DNA of 64,000 bases from Limnothrix sp. BL-A-16 (GCA_041937175.2 CP166615.1:448001-512000), one strand, 5' to 3'. Shown: positions 1 to 14,559, counted from the first letter of the stretch. A program made the numbers and translations. Notes: a model not told the origin generated them from the sequence alone.

Positions 1-134
1 ATCTCGATGAACCAGTTCGTCTAGCTGCAGAAGTTACTAATTCGCGCAATCCGCTAAACCCAGGGAAAAATGCAACCCTGGCTCACGAAAAATTTGCAGT
101 GATTATGAAAGATTCCCAAACGATTACCGTTTAG
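1..134 (+). other. Possible 3' end of an unidentified gene running off the window edge
   Basis: Frame starting at base 3 is open (LDEPVRLAAEVTNSRNPLNPGKNATLAHEKFAVIMKDSQTITV) until TAG at 132-134; no recognisable motif; the following AT-rich 135-700 holds only short ORFs. Confidence 0.2.
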
Positions 135-725
135 CTGAATCAAGATTGAACGACAAGCGCTGCAATTGATACCAAGGATCGGAATATAGAATTTCGACCT
201 GAAAGCATCATGAATTCGGAGCCTTGGCGTTCTTGAGTTTCTGTCCCGGAGTCTATTTGGGTATATTTTTTGTCATAAAAGCTTTTGAAAAGCTTGAGAA
301 ACCATTCCCAAGCTGCAAGAGCCTATTGCCAAGCGTTCCTGGAAAGAAACGCACGGTCATAAAAGTATTTGGGGTAGTTAACTTCCCAATGAAAAACCAG
401 ATAGTTGGCTTGATAAACATTGTGTAAATGCACACAAATTGATCGGTTCGACGACATCTGTTCGTAAGACTAAGCTTGCTTTTAGTAAAGTGTCAAATTG
501 AAATTTCAAGATAAATTCTATTCTCGTGTTGACTTTGGTACACTGATCTATTTGATGCATTGCTTTTAACGAGTATGAAAATGTAAAGCTATGGACAAAA
601 ATGATTTTTTGAAAATTCTCTAGTAAAAATAATTACGAAGTCAAAAATTTTTATACTTCAAGAACTAACTAGATCACTGAATTTAAAATATTTTTGCTCG
701 CGATCTGGGCAACCAGCAAAAAACA

Positions 726-752
726 AGCAAGCAACCGTTGTCGTTGCTTGCT
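726..752 (-). terminator. Intrinsic terminator downstream of the RTX gene
   Basis: AGCAAGCAAC / GTTGCTTGCT 10-bp stem followed on the minus strand by TGTTTTT, about 65 nt after the stop codon. Confidence 0.65.
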
Positions 753-818
753 GCTCTGCTGCTGTTGCGATGTGGCAAGAGCTGGTATCTACGGGCTATG
801 AAATAGCTTGTTGAATTG

Positions 819-2900
819 CTAGACCAAAGCCGGAGCGAGATCTGCTGCGGTCAGTTGGTTGGGTGTGAGGTTGGCGATTTTGGCGAGCAGCGTTGGGCCG
901 TTGCTGAGGTTCAAGAAGCCATCACTTACCGTCAGGGTCAAAGAGTCGAAACCCACGCCCACAGGCAGAATGAGGCGATCGATCCCATCTTCAAAATCAA
1001 GAATCGTCTCCGTACCTTCACCAATTACAAAGCGATCGCTCCCTGCACCACCGATCAGAGTGTCATCGCCCCGATCGCCCGAGAGAACGTCATCCCCCGA
1101 ATTGCCAAACAGCACATCAGCGCCGCGCCCACCGAAAAGCAGATCGTTGCCAGTGCCGCCGCAGAGCGTATCCGCCTGTTGGTTGCCAAAAAGGGTGTCG
1201 TCGCCTTCTGCACCCGCCAGCCAATCGGTTTCTGCGCCACCCCATAGCCAGTCAGAGTCACCTAGCCCCAGAAGTTGGTTGCTTTCGGCATTGCCCCACA
1301 GGATATCTGCGCGATCGGAGCCGGTTTGGGTGCGATCGGGTATCAGTAAGGGCGGTTGGCACCCATTATCGCTGTCCCCGATCGGGAAAGCGCTGAAGCT
1401 GGGGAGAACCTGACCGATAACCGGGAAATCATAAACTGCCGGTTCGCCATTGGTGCGCAGCACAAAACGCCCGTCATAGGTTCCCGGTTGCTCCGTGAGA
1501 ACCAAAGTCACTTGAAGGGTGGCACTGGGCAGGACGACGGGCGGCAGGGTTTCCAGAATGGAAAAGCCCTTGGGTAATTGCAAATCCAAGAGCTTCAGGG
1601 GTTCTGATCCAATATTGGTGATGCTGATGATCTGTTGAGGCCAGGTTGCGCGGTTCGCATCCGTTGAGGGCTGGGTGAGTTGTACGGGGGCGGCGGTGTC
1701 GTCGAGGATGATTGGCCCGCCTCGATCGAGGGTCACAATCAGTCGAGGGGGCAGGGGCGGCGGTGGGGCGATCGGGCTGCTGGGGGGAATTTCTGGGCTG
1801 GGGGCGATCGGGGCCGGAGCGACAAAAGCTGGAGCAACAGGAGCCGGAGCCAAACCACCCACCGAACTCAGGGGACTGGGAGAGCTGATGGCCCCGTCGT
1901 TATCTTCGATCTCGATCGCTTGTACCAGGCTGCTGCCGAGGGTCAAGCCACTGGTAGTTGTTTTCAGGGTAATGGTGGCAGTTTCGGTTCCTTCCACCAT
2001 CGCGTCATCCATCACCGTGAAGGTGACTGAGCCGGTTGTGTTGCCGTTGGTGATGCTGATTTGGGGTTGGCTGAGCTGATAGTCTTCCGGGGTGATGTTC
2101 GTCCCGCTGACTTGGAGTTCAACGGTTTGGTCGCCGATAACGGCCTGGGAAGCGGTGGCCGTGACGGTGATGATGGTTCGATCGGTTTCGGTTCCGTTGT
2201 TGCGGCTGACCGAGAGATTGACGGTGGGGTTGGGTATGCCGGTGAGGGAGAAGTCATCGATCGCCAAACCATGATCATCGTCCGTGTCATTTCGCTCCAC
2301 CCAACGGAGCCAGAGGGTGTCATTGTGGGCCCAGCTCAATCCGGACAGCGTTCCTCCAACGCCCGCAACCCGCCCCGCAGCATTCCCGTCAACCATGCCA
2401 GCCGGCGTAGTTGCCACAGGCGAAGTCCAATTGAACCCACTGCCCGGCGCTGTCCAGGTTGGAACGGTTGTGAAACTGCTACCGAAGCCATATTCCAACA
2501 CCATGGTTTGCGCAGTGGCGTTTCCCCCATTCCGCCACTGTTCACCTGCAAAGGAAATTGTGAGGTGATTGATCGTCGTGCCAGTGGTGTTTTTAGCCGC
2601 AAATGCAATCCATCCGGCAATCTTTCCACTGTCAGGATTCTCGAAATAATCACCGCCGGAGCCGATACCGCCTAAGGCTCGATCGCTATTTTCAGTAATA
2701 CCAAAGCTATAAAAATTGCCTGTAGTGGTGTTGCCCTGGCTCGATCGATAAATGACTAAAGCCTGACCAGGAGCGGGCTGGCGAAATAAATACCAGCCGG
2801 ACAGCGTAGTGTTATTAGTCCAAGCTAGATCACTGTTAGAACCGCTCGAATTGAGAGCGTCGAAGTTCTGACTATAGGAACCGCTAAATGAAATAGCCAT
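819..2900 (-). CDS. Secreted calcium-binding RTX protein: N-terminal beta-sandwich-like domain, Calx-beta domain, Pro-rich linker, Ig-like domain, hemolysin-type repeats
   Basis: C-terminal GGxGxD-type nonapeptides (GGTGNDLLFGGRGADVLFGNSGDDVLSGDRGDDTLIGGAGSD) and ILDFEDGIDRL tail typical of T1SS substrates; Calx-beta motif TFTVMDDAMVEGTET. Confidence 0.85.
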   Translation of the reverse strand: MAISFSGSYSQNFDALNSSGSNSDLAWTNNTTLSGWYLFRQPAPGQALVIYRSSQGNTTTGNFYSFGITENSDRALGGIGSGGDYFENPDSGKIAGWIAFAAKNTTGTTINHLTISFAGEQWRNGGNATAQTMVLEYGFGSSFTTVPTWTAPGSGFNWTSPVATTPAGMVDGNAAGRVAGVGGTLSGLSWAHNDTLWLRWVERNDTDDDHGLAIDDFSLTGIPNPTVNLSVSRNNGTETDRTIITVTATASQAVIGDQTVELQVSGTNITPEDYQLSQPQISITNGNTTGSVTFTVMDDAMVEGTETATITLKTTTSGLTLGSSLVQAIEIEDNDGAISSPSPLSSVGGLAPAPVAPAFVAPAPIAPSPEIPPSSPIAPPPPLPPRLIVTLDRGGPIILDDTAAPVQLTQPSTDANRATWPQQIISITNIGSEPLKLLDLQLPKGFSILETLPPVVLPSATLQVTLVLTEQPGTYDGRFVLRTNGEPAVYDFPVIGQVLPSFSAFPIGDSDNGCQPPLLIPDRTQTGSDRADILWGNAESNQLLGLGDSDWLWGGAETDWLAGAEGDDTLFGNQQADTLCGGTGNDLLFGGRGADVLFGNSGDDVLSGDRGDDTLIGGAGSDRFVIGEGTETILDFEDGIDRLILPVGVGFDSLTLTVSDGFLNLSNGPTLLAKIANLTPNQLTAADLAPALV

Positions 2901-3195
2901 TGATGCACCCTGGCTTCAAATCTTTCTAATGACGGGTTGTTTAAGTTATGAAATCGGTATTAATTTTATCTTGAATAGGATGATAATTGGTATCACAAAG
3001 AACGGACTCTAGGCGAGCCATGATCATCAGTCCTATGAGTAGCCATTACCATAGCGACCATCAACAGCGCCAAAAACGCAAAAACAAGGAGCGGAGGCCC
3101 CTTGTTTTCAGCAGTCTTGAAAAACTGGCTTAAAAGGTATGTTTCATTGGGCTAATTTGAGCGTCAGCCACTCAACCAGGCTTGAAATTGAGAAG

Positions 3196-3238
3196 CCTAC
3201 ACCCGATCGCCCAGCCTTAGCGAGCGATCGAATGTAGG
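3196..3238 (-). terminator. Stem-loop downstream of apcE
   Basis: CCTACA-CCCGATCGC ... GCGATCG-AA-TGTAGG imperfect inverted repeat about 60 nt after the apcE stop. Confidence 0.5.
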
Positions 3239-3300
3239 AGCATTCACAACCTCAAATTCAACAGAATCACCTGTCAGGAAAGACCCACAGAATCCGCGTT

Positions 3301-6024
<2,724 letters not shown>

Positions 6025-6391
6025 CTAATGGTCCTTTTCTAAGTCAGGTGAACGACCGTACCGGGTTCTGTGACATTGGACAGAACCTTTAGCCCTTAGC
6101 CTCAGGTTGGCTCGACGCTGGCAACCCTCAACGGCTGTCGGCGAACATGGAAGGGACGATCTCAACTCAATATGGTTGTGAATCCACCCATTAGACTAAA
6201 ACGATTCTGTGCGTGGGGCGGCCTTTGTTAAGAAGTATGTATGCTTCTCAGGCGGGCGATCGCAGGCATTGGAAGGGCAGGGGGTGCGATAGACTCGATC
6301 GCGGTGATGACCCTTGCGAGTCTTCGTTTCAGCCTCTTTTCAGCAATTCCTATATAAACAATCAACCCAATCAACCCCCTATTCAATTCCG

Positions 6392-7636
6392 ATGGAAGCA
6401 CAGCGCACCGCCCAAACCCTGGCCGCCGTTCAAAAGCTTTACGATACCTATCCGTTTCCGCCGGAACCTCTGTTGGATGAACCCCCGCCGGGCTATAACT
6501 GGCGCTGGAATTGGCAGGCGGCGCATCAATTTTGCACAGGCAGAAAGGCGGAACGGGCTGATATTCGGATTTTGGATGCGGGTTGCGGCACGGGTGTGGG
6601 CACTGAGTATTTAATGCACCTGAACCCGGAAGCCAAGATCACGGCGATCGACCTGAGTTCAGAGGCGTTGGGTGTGGCTCGGGAACGGTGTCGGCGGACG
6701 GGCGATCGGGTTCGCGGGGGCGATCGCGTGGAATTTCGCCACCTGAGTCTTTACGATGCCCAGGAAATTGCCGGCAAATTTGATTGGATCAACTGCGTTG
6801 GTGTGCTGCACCATCTACCTGATCCGATGCGAGGCATTCAATCCCTGGCCGCCAAGCTGGCTCCCGGCGGTCTCATGCATATCTTCGTGTATGGAGAGTT
6901 GGGCCGTTGGGAAATTCAACTGATGCAGCGAGCGATCCGCCTGCTCCGTGAAAGCCCCACGGGCCCGGCAGACTCCAATCCCTATCGCGATGGTGTTCAA
7001 ATTGGGCGATCGTTGTTTGCGGCCTTGCCCGAAACGAACCGACTGGTGCGACGAGAGCAGGAGCGCTGGTCGATGGAAAACCAGCGGGATGAGTGTTTTG
7101 CAGATATGTATGTCCATCCCCAGGAAGTGGACTACAACATCGACACCCTCTTTGAATTAGTTGAGGCCTCGGGCTTGGAATTCCTGGGTTTTTCCAACCC
7201 TGATTACTGGCAGCTCGATCGCCTCTTGGGCAGCAATCCGGAACTGATGGCGCGAGCCGAGGGCTTGAGCGATCGACAGCGCTATCGCCTGGTGGAATCG
7301 CTGGATCCCGAAGGGGCCACCCATTACGAATTTTGGTTAGGTTGCCCGCCGGTCAATCGCCTCACGTGGGAAGATCCCAACGCCCTGGCCGCGGCCCTAC
7401 CGACCCTGAATCCCTGCATGGATGGCTGGCCCAGCCGTTGTCTATTTAATCAGGACTATCGGATTGTCAGCTTGGACGATGCCACGTTCCAGTTTCTGAG
7501 TGCCGTGGCCGCCAACGAAACCACTGACCAACCCCAGTCGATCGCCCAACTCCTGATCCAGCAGCCGGGCTTCACCCTCGAAAACGTGCGATCGCTCCTT
7601 GATCAGCGCCTGTTATTGCTGACTCCCCAACGCTAA
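6392..7636 (+). CDS. Class I SAM-dependent methyltransferase (conserved upstream of cyanobacterial atp1)
   Basis: ILDAGCGTG SAM-binding motif, CVGVLHHLPDP, YDTYPFPPEP; start placed at ATG 6392. Confidence 0.9.
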   Translation: MEAQRTAQTLAAVQKLYDTYPFPPEPLLDEPPPGYNWRWNWQAAHQFCTGRKAERADIRILDAGCGTGVGTEYLMHLNPEAKITAIDLSSEALGVARERCRRTGDRVRGGDRVEFRHLSLYDAQEIAGKFDWINCVGVLHHLPDPMRGIQSLAAKLAPGGLMHIFVYGELGRWEIQLMQRAIRLLRESPTGPADSNPYRDGVQIGRSLFAALPETNRLVRREQERWSMENQRDECFADMYVHPQEVDYNIDTLFELVEASGLEFLGFSNPDYWQLDRLLGSNPELMARAEGLSDRQRYRLVESLDPEGATHYEFWLGCPPVNRLTWEDPNALAAALPTLNPCMDGWPSRCLFNQDYRIVSLDDATFQFLSAVAANETTDQPQSIAQLLIQQPGFTLENVRSLLDQRLLLLTPQR

Positions 7637-7799
7637 TTCAATCCCTAGCCAACCACCCGCCAAATCCGGGCACAGTCAAAATCGCTCCCCTCAGCAACCT
7701 CGCCCATTTCCCGTGAAAAACGCGCAACACCTGCGTGGTACAATCGCACCTGGCTTAGGGCCGCCGGGTCAGCATTCAACAGCCAGGAGTTTGCAACCG

Positions 7800-8237
7800 A
7801 TGGACTCTCCAACGGTCGAACCAATCACCGCCACGCCGGAAGTTTCTCCCGAAGCGATCGAGGGCCCTTCCGAAAACGGCGCAGCCATGGAGGAATACTA
7901 CAAACTCCAACGGGAGCTGTTAATCGGCTCTTTGGCTGTATCTCTGGTGATCTTTCTGTCTGTTTGGGCCACCTACAGTCTCAACACCGCCCTGAGCTAT
8001 TTGCTGGGAGCGCTGGTGGGCATTGTATACCTGCGAATGCTGGCCAAAGATGTCGCCACCCTGGGTAATGGCAAACAGCAATTGAGTAAAACTCGGCTAG
8101 CACTTTTTGTAGCCATTTTCCTCATTGGTGCTCGAGTTCAGCAACTTGAACTGTTGCCAATCATCCTTGGGTTTTTGACCTATAAGGCTGCTCTAATTTT
8201 CCACACGTTGCGCGCGATCGCAAAGCCCAACCCTTAG
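7800..8237 (+). CDS. atp1: ATP synthase protein I (Atp1/UncI)
   Basis: MEEYYKLQRELL, four hydrophobic segments, GFLTYKAA; first gene of the atp operon. Confidence 0.9.
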   Translation: MDSPTVEPITATPEVSPEAIEGPSENGAAMEEYYKLQRELLIGSLAVSLVIFLSVWATYSLNTALSYLLGALVGIVYLRMLAKDVATLGNGKQQLSKTRLALFVAIFLIGARVQQLELLPIILGFLTYKAALIFHTLRAIAKPNP

Positions 8238-8269
8238 GCTAATTGCGAGAGCAATCTCGTCAAATGCCT

Positions 8270-9037
8270 ATGCAAAACAGCGTTGCTATGTTCGATCTTT
8301 TTTCAAACATTCCGTTCTCTCCGCTAGCAGAACTGGAAGTTGGTCAACACTTCTATTGGCACATTGGCAACTTCAAGGTACATGGGCAAGTTTTTCTTGC
8401 TTCTTGGATTGTCCTGGGGCTACTGATCGTTACTTGCATCTTGGCAACTCGTAACATTCAGCGAGTACCGTCGGGATTGCAAAACTTCATGGAATATGCC
8501 TTGGAGTTTATCCGCGACCTTACCAAAACCCAAGTGGGCGAAAAAGAATATCGAGCATGGGTTCCCTTCGTTGGCACCTTGTTCCTATTCATTTTCGTGT
8601 CGAATTGGGGTGGTGCACTCATTCCTTGGAAACTCGTTGAGTTACCGTCTGGTGAATTGGCTGCTCCTACCAACGACATCAACACAACGGTTGCCCTGGC
8701 ACTGACCACATCGGTCGCCTATTTCTATGCAGGATTGAGCCGAAAAGGGTTGGGTTACTTCGCCGATTACGCGCAGCCGACCCCGATCATGGTTCCCTTC
8801 AAAATCATTGAAGACTTTACCAAGCCGCTGTCGTTAAGCTTCCGTTTGTTTGGTAATATCCTAGCGGATGAACTTGTGGTGGCTGTACTGGTCTTCCTGG
8901 TTCCCTTGTTCGTGCCCATTCCGCTGATGGTTTTGGGGCTGTTCACGAGTGCAATTCAAGCCCTGATTTTTGCAACTCTGGCGGCATCCTACATTGGTGA
9001 AGCAATGGAAGATCACCACGGCGAGCATCACGACTAA
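8270..9037 (+). CDS. atpB: F0 ATP synthase subunit a (cyanobacterial atpI)
   Basis: [38 protein letters not shown]; exact start uncertain (ATG 8264/8270/8288). Confidence 0.97.
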   Translation: MQNSVAMFDLFSNIPFSPLAELEVGQHFYWHIGNFKVHGQVFLASWIVLGLLIVTCILATRNIQRVPSGLQNFMEYALEFIRDLTKTQVGEKEYRAWVPFVGTLFLFIFVSNWGGALIPWKLVELPSGELAAPTNDINTTVALALTTSVAYFYAGLSRKGLGYFADYAQPTPIMVPFKIIEDFTKPLSLSFRLFGNILADELVVAVLVFLVPLFVPIPLMVLGLFTSAIQALIFATLAASYIGEAMEDHHGEHHD

Positions 9038-9073
9038 CTGCCCTATTTTTGGGGTTATGAAACAGAGTCGTGA

Positions 9074-9394
<321 letters not shown>

Positions 9395-9432
9395 ATATTG
9401 GTTTTCGGCTTTTGCGAACGAGTTCTACCTGA

Positions 9433-9475
9433 GGCAGCGAAAGGCGCTTGCTTGATGCGAAAGCCTTTTGCTGCC
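9433..9475 (+). promoter_or_regulatory. Intercistronic stem-loop after subunit c (probable mRNA stabiliser/attenuator)
   Basis: GGCAGCGAAAGGC ... GCCTTTTGCTGCC inverted repeat between subunit c and b' genes. Confidence 0.6.
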
Positions 9476-9522
9476 CCAACTCGCGAAAAGGGGCTGTCAA
9501 CCATCTGCTGGGAGTAAGCGAA

Positions 9523-10002
9523 ATGCTATACGCACTCGTACCAACGCTGTTGGCAGCGGAGGCAGAAGGGGGTCTGTTTGACCTTGATGCCACCCTGCCC
9601 CTGATGGCAGCGCAGTTTCTAATTTTGGCTTTGATTTTGAATGCGGTTTTGTACAAGCCCCTGGGACAAGCCATTGACCAACGGGCCGACTACATCCGCA
9701 GCAAGCACCTGGACGCACAAGAGCGCCTGGAGAAGGTGAAGTCGCTGACGGCGGAATATGAACAGGCTTTGGCGGAGGCCCGCCGTAAGTCTCAGTCCAT
9801 CGTAGCGGATGCCCAAGCGGAGGCGCAAAAGTTGGCGGCTCAGACGGTGGCAGATGCACAGCGACAGGCCCAATCGGAGCGGGAAGCGGCTCAACAGGAA
9901 ATTGATGGTCAACGGCAGACGGCTTTAGCTGCTCTGGACGGTCAAGTGGCGGTGTTGAGCCGTCAGATTGTGCAGAAGTTGTTGGGTTTTGAGTTGGGAT
10001 GA
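9523..10002 (+). CDS. atpG: F0 ATP synthase subunit b' (cyanobacterial atpG)
   Basis: [18 protein letters not shown] motif, coiled-coil C-terminus, operon position. Confidence 0.95.
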   Translation: MLYALVPTLLAAEAEGGLFDLDATLPLMAAQFLILALILNAVLYKPLGQAIDQRADYIRSKHLDAQERLEKVKSLTAEYEQALAEARRKSQSIVADAQAEAQKLAAQTVADAQRQAQSEREAAQQEIDGQRQTALAALDGQVAVLSRQIVQKLLGFELG

Positions 10003-10009
10003 GGTTGTG

Positions 10010-10552
10010 ATGACGAACATGTTTTTGGGTTCGATCGCCCCTCATTTGTTGGCCCATGGATCGTTCGGAATTAACACCGACATCCTGGAAACCAATGTGA
10101 TCAACCTGGCGATCGTGTTGGGGGTTTTGGTCTACTTTGGTCGCGGCTTCTTGGGTAACCTGCTGGGAACTCGGAAAGCGGCGATCGAAGAGGCAATCAC
10201 CGAAGCGGAAAAGGCTCAAGCGGAAGCCGTGAAAGCCTTGGAAGAGCAGCAGCGCAAGCTGGCCCAAGCCCAAGCGGAAGCAGAGCGCATTACTGCCGAA
10301 GCGAAGGTTGCGGCTGAGCGGACGAAGGAGGCCATTTTGGCCAAGTCTACTCAGGACGTGCAACGGATGCGTGAAGCCGCGTCCAATGACTTGGCGGCTG
10401 AGCAAGAGCGTGTGATTGCGCAATTGCGTCAACGGGCTGTGTCTGCAGCTTTGGAGCAGGTCAACGACCAACTGCGCTCGCGCTTGAATTCTGATCAACA
10501 GCGAGATTTGGTTGATCGGAGCTTGTCCCTGATTCAAGGGGGAGGAAACTAA
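10010..10552 (+). CDS. atpF: F0 ATP synthase subunit b
   Basis: [18 protein letters not shown] motif. Confidence 0.96.
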   Translation: MTNMFLGSIAPHLLAHGSFGINTDILETNVINLAIVLGVLVYFGRGFLGNLLGTRKAAIEEAITEAEKAQAEAVKALEEQQRKLAQAQAEAERITAEAKVAAERTKEAILAKSTQDVQRMREAASNDLAAEQERVIAQLRQRAVSAALEQVNDQLRSRLNSDQQRDLVDRSLSLIQGGGN

Positions 10553-10554
10553 CG

Positions 10555-11109
10555 ATGCAAAGCAGTTCAATGATCGCCAGCATCGCCGAGCCTTACGCAC
10601 AAGCTTTGATGACCTTGGCTCAGAAGGAAAGCTTGGTGGCGCGTTTTGGCGAGGATGTGACCTACCTGCGAGGTTTACTAGCAACCTCTGAAGAGTTGGG
10701 TGCTCTGTTGTCTAATCCGTTTGTCAAGGCGGACGATAAAAAGTCTGTACTCGATCGCCTGGCGGGTGAAACGCTGCACCCGTTGATGGCGAACTTTTTG
10801 AAACTCTTGGTCGATCGCAAGCGGATTGCGCTGCTGGATGTGATCGCCCAGAAATATCAAGACCTGCTGCGCCAGTTTACGAACACGGCCTTGGCGGAAG
10901 TGACTTCTGCGGTGGAACTGACGGAAGAACAACGCCAAAGCGCCATTGAGCGGGTTAAACAGCTCACCGGGGCCGCCAGCGTGGAACTGGTGACGAAGGT
11001 TGATACCGATTTGATCGGCGGTGTGATTATCAAAGTCGGCTCGCAAGTGGTCGATGCCAGCCTGCGTGGTCAATTACGACGCATGGCGCTGACTTTGGGC
11101 GCAATCTAG
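10555..11109 (+). CDS. atpH: F1 ATP synthase subunit delta (cyanobacterial atpD)
   Basis: IAEPYAQAL, LIGGVIIKVGSQVVDASLRGQL. Confidence 0.96.
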   Translation: MQSSSMIASIAEPYAQALMTLAQKESLVARFGEDVTYLRGLLATSEELGALLSNPFVKADDKKSVLDRLAGETLHPLMANFLKLLVDRKRIALLDVIAQKYQDLLRQFTNTALAEVTSAVELTEEQRQSAIERVKQLTGAASVELVTKVDTDLIGGVIIKVGSQVVDASLRGQLRRMALTLGAI

Positions 11110-11197
11110 CTCTGTTGGTGAGCAAATCCCGAGAGCCGCAACCAAGATAGGCACCCCAAACGCTGGAAACAACGTTGAAAACTAGGAGTCGCAGACC

Positions 11198-12715
11198 GTG
11201 ATTGCAATCAGACCGGACGAAATCAGCAGCATTATTCAGCAGCAGATCGAGCAGTACGACAAGGATGTCAAGGTGGCCGACGTGGGCACCGTGCTGCAAG
11301 TGGGTGACGGGATCGCTCGTATCTATGGCCTGCAAAATGCCATGGCTGGTGAGCTGCTGGAGTTCGAGGACGGTACTGTGGGTATCGCACTGAACCTCGA
11401 AGAGAACGATGTGGGTGCCGTGTTGATGGGTGACGGCCTCAACATCCAAGAAGGCAGTACTGTCCGTGCCACCGGCAAGATCGCGGCGATTCCGGTGGGT
11501 GACGCGGTTGTGGGCCGGGTTGTGGATGCGCTGGCTCGTCCGATCGATGGCAAGGGTGAAATTGCTTCGACGGAAACGCGCTTGATCGAATCCATGGCCC
11601 CTGGGATTATTGCCCGGAAGTCCGTGTGCGAACCGATGCAGACGGGGATTACGGCAATTGACTCGATGATTCCGATCGGGCGTGGCCAACGGGAGCTGAT
11701 CATTGGTGACCGGCAAACGGGTAAGACCTCGATCGCGATCGACACGATCATCAACCAAAAGTCCGAAGATGTGATTTGCATCTACGTGGCGATCGGGCAA
11801 AAGGCCTCCTCCGTGGCCCAGGTGATTGATGTGCTGAAGGAAGCGGGCGCACTCGACTACACCATCATTGTGGCCGCCAACGCCAACGCCCCCGCTACCC
11901 TGCAATACCTGGCTCCCTACACCGGTGCTGCCATTGCTGAGTACTTCATGTACAAGGGCAAGGCCACCCTGGTGGTTTACGATGACTTGTCTAAGCAAGC
12001 CCAGGCCTATCGCCAAATGTCCTTGCTGCTGCGTCGTCCGCCCGGTCGGGAAGCCTACCCCGGCGACGTGTTCTATCTCCACAGCCGCTTGCTGGAGCGC
12101 GCCGCCAAGCTGAGCGATGAACTGGGTGGTGGCAGCATGACGGCCCTGCCGATCATCGAAACCCAAGCCGGTGACGTGTCGGCCTACATTCCGACCAACG
12201 TGATTTCGATTACCGACGGTCAAATCTTCTTGTCCGCTGACCTGTTCAACTCGGGTCTGCGTCCGGCGGTGAACGCCGGTATCTCGGTATCCCGCGTGGG
12301 TTCAGCGGCCCAAACCAAGGCCATGAAGAAGGTGGCCGGTAAGGTAAAACTGGAACTGGCCCAATACGATGACTTGGCTGCTTTCGCCCAGTTCGCTTCC
12401 GATTTGGATAAGGCGACCCAAGACCAGTTGGCCCGTGGTCAGCGCTTGCGGGAACTGCTGAAGCAACCCCAATACTCCCCTCTGGGTGTGGAAGAGCAAG
12501 TGGCGGTCATTTACGCCGGGATTAACGGCTATTTGGATGAAATTCCGGTGAACCTGATCACTAAGTTTGTGTTGGGTCTGCGGGATTACCTGAAGAATAA
12601 CAAGGCTGCCTATGGTGAAGCTGTGCGCAGCACCAAGCAACTGACGGAAGAGGCGGAAACCCTGCTGAAGGAAGCGTTGACTGAGTACAAGCAAACCTTT
12701 TTGGTTGCTCAGTAA
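11198..12715 (+). CDS. atpA: F1 ATP synthase subunit alpha
   Basis: [10 protein letters not shown] start (GTG), Walker [30 protein letters not shown]. Confidence 0.99.
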   Translation: MIAIRPDEISSIIQQQIEQYDKDVKVADVGTVLQVGDGIARIYGLQNAMAGELLEFEDGTVGIALNLEENDVGAVLMGDGLNIQEGSTVRATGKIAAIPVGDAVVGRVVDALARPIDGKGEIASTETRLIESMAPGIIARKSVCEPMQTGITAIDSMIPIGRGQRELIIGDRQTGKTSIAIDTIINQKSEDVICIYVAIGQKASSVAQVIDVLKEAGALDYTIIVAANANAPATLQYLAPYTGAAIAEYFMYKGKATLVVYDDLSKQAQAYRQMSLLLRRPPGREAYPGDVFYLHSRLLERAAKLSDELGGGSMTALPIIETQAGDVSAYIPTNVISITDGQIFLSADLFNSGLRPAVNAGISVSRVGSAAQTKAMKKVAGKVKLELAQYDDLAAFAQFASDLDKATQDQLARGQRLRELLKQPQYSPLGVEEQVAVIYAGINGYLDEIPVNLITKFVLGLRDYLKNNKAAYGEAVRSTKQLTEEAETLLKEALTEYKQTFLVAQ

Positions 12716-12729
12716 TCATCGCGAATCAA

Positions 12730-12764
12730 GCGATCGCCTAGGGGCCTCTACCCCGGGCGATCGC
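12730..12764 (+). promoter_or_regulatory. Intercistronic stem-loop after atpA with HIP1 octamers in both arms
   Basis: GCGATCGCCTAGGGG ... CCCCGGGCGATCGC. Confidence 0.55.
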
Positions 12765-12804
12765 GCCCCCTAGCGACTCAGGCGACTCAAAGGACTCCAC
12801 AGCT

Positions 12805-13755
12805 ATGGCAAACCTCAAGGCAATTCGCGACCGAATTCAGTCCGTTAAAAACACTAAAAAAATTACTGAAGCCATGCGCTTGGTTGCCGCCGCGAAGGTG
12901 CGCCGGGCCCAAGAGCAGGTGAACAACACCCGTCCCTTCGCCGATCGCCTAGCCCAAGTGCTCTACGGCTTGCAATCGCGTCTCAAATTTGAAGATGTAG
13001 ATCTGCCACTCCTGCGGCAACGAAGCATTAAAACCGTAGGTATTTTGGTGGTTTCGGGCGATCGGGGCCTGTGTGGTGGCTACAACGGTAATGTGATCCG
13101 TCGGGCCGAGCAGCGCAGCAAAGAACTGCTTGCTGAAGGGGTCAACGTCAAAATGATCGTGGTGGGTCGTAAGGCAAACCAATACTTCAGCCGTCGGGGT
13201 CATGACATCGCGGCTGTTTATGACGGTCTAGAGCAAATCCCTAGCGCGTCGGAAGCATCGCAAATTGCAGACGAGCTGCTGTCGCTATTCCTCTCGGAAA
13301 CGGTCGATCGCGTTGAACTGGTCTACACCAAATTTGTATCGCTGATTAGCTCCCGTCCCGTAGTCCAAACCCTGCTGCCGTTGGATCCGCAAGGCTTGGA
13401 AGCGTCGGATGATGAGATCTTCCGGCTGACAACCCGTGGCGGACAATTCCAAGTGGAGCGCGAGCGGGTCGATTTGCCCACCGCACCCTTGCCGCGCGAC
13501 ACCATCTTTGAGCAGGATCCGGTACAAATCCTGAACGCGCTCTTGCCGTTGTACCTGAACAATCAACTCCTGCGGGCCCTGCAAGAGTCCGCCGCCAGCG
13601 AGTTGGCTGCTCGGATGACTGCCATGAGCAACGCCAGCGAGAACGCCAAGACCTTGATTGGCACTTTGACCTTGACCTATAACAAGGCACGGCAGGCCGC
13701 TATTACCCAAGAAATCCTGGAAGTGTGCGGTGGTGCTGAGGCGCAGCGCTCCTAG
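12805..13755 (+). CDS. atpC: F1 ATP synthase subunit gamma (cyanobacterial atpC)
   Basis: [49 protein letters not shown]. Confidence 0.98.
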   Translation: MANLKAIRDRIQSVKNTKKITEAMRLVAAAKVRRAQEQVNNTRPFADRLAQVLYGLQSRLKFEDVDLPLLRQRSIKTVGILVVSGDRGLCGGYNGNVIRRAEQRSKELLAEGVNVKMIVVGRKANQYFSRRGHDIAAVYDGLEQIPSASEASQIADELLSLFLSETVDRVELVYTKFVSLISSRPVVQTLLPLDPQGLEASDDEIFRLTTRGGQFQVERERVDLPTAPLPRDTIFEQDPVQILNALLPLYLNNQLLRALQESAASELAARMTAMSNASENAKTLIGTLTLTYNKARQAAITQEILEVCGGAEAQRS

Positions 13756-13784
13756 GGATTGGCTAGGGATTTGAGAGAAGAACC

Positions 13785-14108
13785 ATGAGCACGACCTATC
13801 AGGTTGAAATTCAGCACGAAGGGCAAACCCACGTCCTGCAAGTGGCGGATGATACGCCCATTTTGACGGCGGCGGCCGCGGCGGGGCTGACGCTTCCCAG
13901 CTCTTGCAATGCGGGGGTTTGCACGACCTGTGCTGCCCGCGTAGTGGAAGGGACGATCGAGCCAGGCGACAGCATGGGCTTGAGTCCGGATTTGCGCACG
14001 AAGGGGTTTGCGCTCCTTTGTACCGCTAAGCCCCGTTCTAACCTCAAAATCCAAACTGGTTGTGAGGATGAGGTTTACGAACTGCAATTTGGTCAATTCC
14101 AAAAATAA
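13785..14108 (+). CDS. Plant-type 2Fe-2S ferredoxin (Fed3/FdC1-like)
   Basis: CNAGVCTTC...LLC cluster ligands and C-terminal extension EDEVYELQFG. Confidence 0.9.
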   Translation: MSTTYQVEIQHEGQTHVLQVADDTPILTAAAAAGLTLPSSCNAGVCTTCAARVVEGTIEPGDSMGLSPDLRTKGFALLCTAKPRSNLKIQTGCEDEVYELQFGQFQK

Positions 14109-14306
14109 ATTTGGACTGGGGGCAACCCGGCCGTTGGGCGATCGCTGGATCGCTCGATCCAAACCGAAATCTGCAAAACATCAGGCGCAAAATCTTGACC
14201 CTAGATTTTGACTTGCCTGGTGTTTTGTCTTTTGGGCAATTGAGCGATCGAGACAAAAATCACAGACTTGGAACGGCCCTCAAAGATTAGCTGTCTGAGG
14301 AAGGAT

Positions 14307-14324
14307 GTTAAAAACTGTTAATCC
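14307..14324 (+). promoter_or_regulatory. Possible HLR1 (RpaB) site upstream of apcA
   Basis: GTTAAAAA-CT-GTTAATCC imperfect direct repeat resembling (G/T)TTACA(T/A)(T/A)-N2 pairs, upstream of a GAGAAT -10-like hexamer near 14352. Confidence 0.35.
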
Positions 14325-14559
14325 AAGCGAGGGTCAACGGGCTTCATGCCTGAGAATAAGTGTTGATTTGCCGGGGAGGACACCGAGTTGCGGTCTCAGG
14401 ACTGTCGCTGGTGGATTTCGAGCCAAGAGTTAAACGGCCTGGCTTAGAAAATTTCTCGTTGCTCCCGCTGCCTGAGCAATCGCAGCGATGCTAGTCGTTT
14501 CCTCGGTGGAAGCCCCAATCTCCAGTCAAAACTTTTTTCCTTTCGGAGGAGTTTATTCA

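Noticed and set aside
135..700. Short ORFs (224..427, 253..435, 378..560) in an AT-rich stretch, with a faint TPR-like fragment (AARAYCQA)
   Set aside because: No consistent frame or recognisable family; may be a decayed gene but I cannot support a call
9497..12223. 395-aa and 397-aa ORFs antisense to atp genes
   Set aside because: Fully overlap well-supported ATP synthase genes; shadow ORFs
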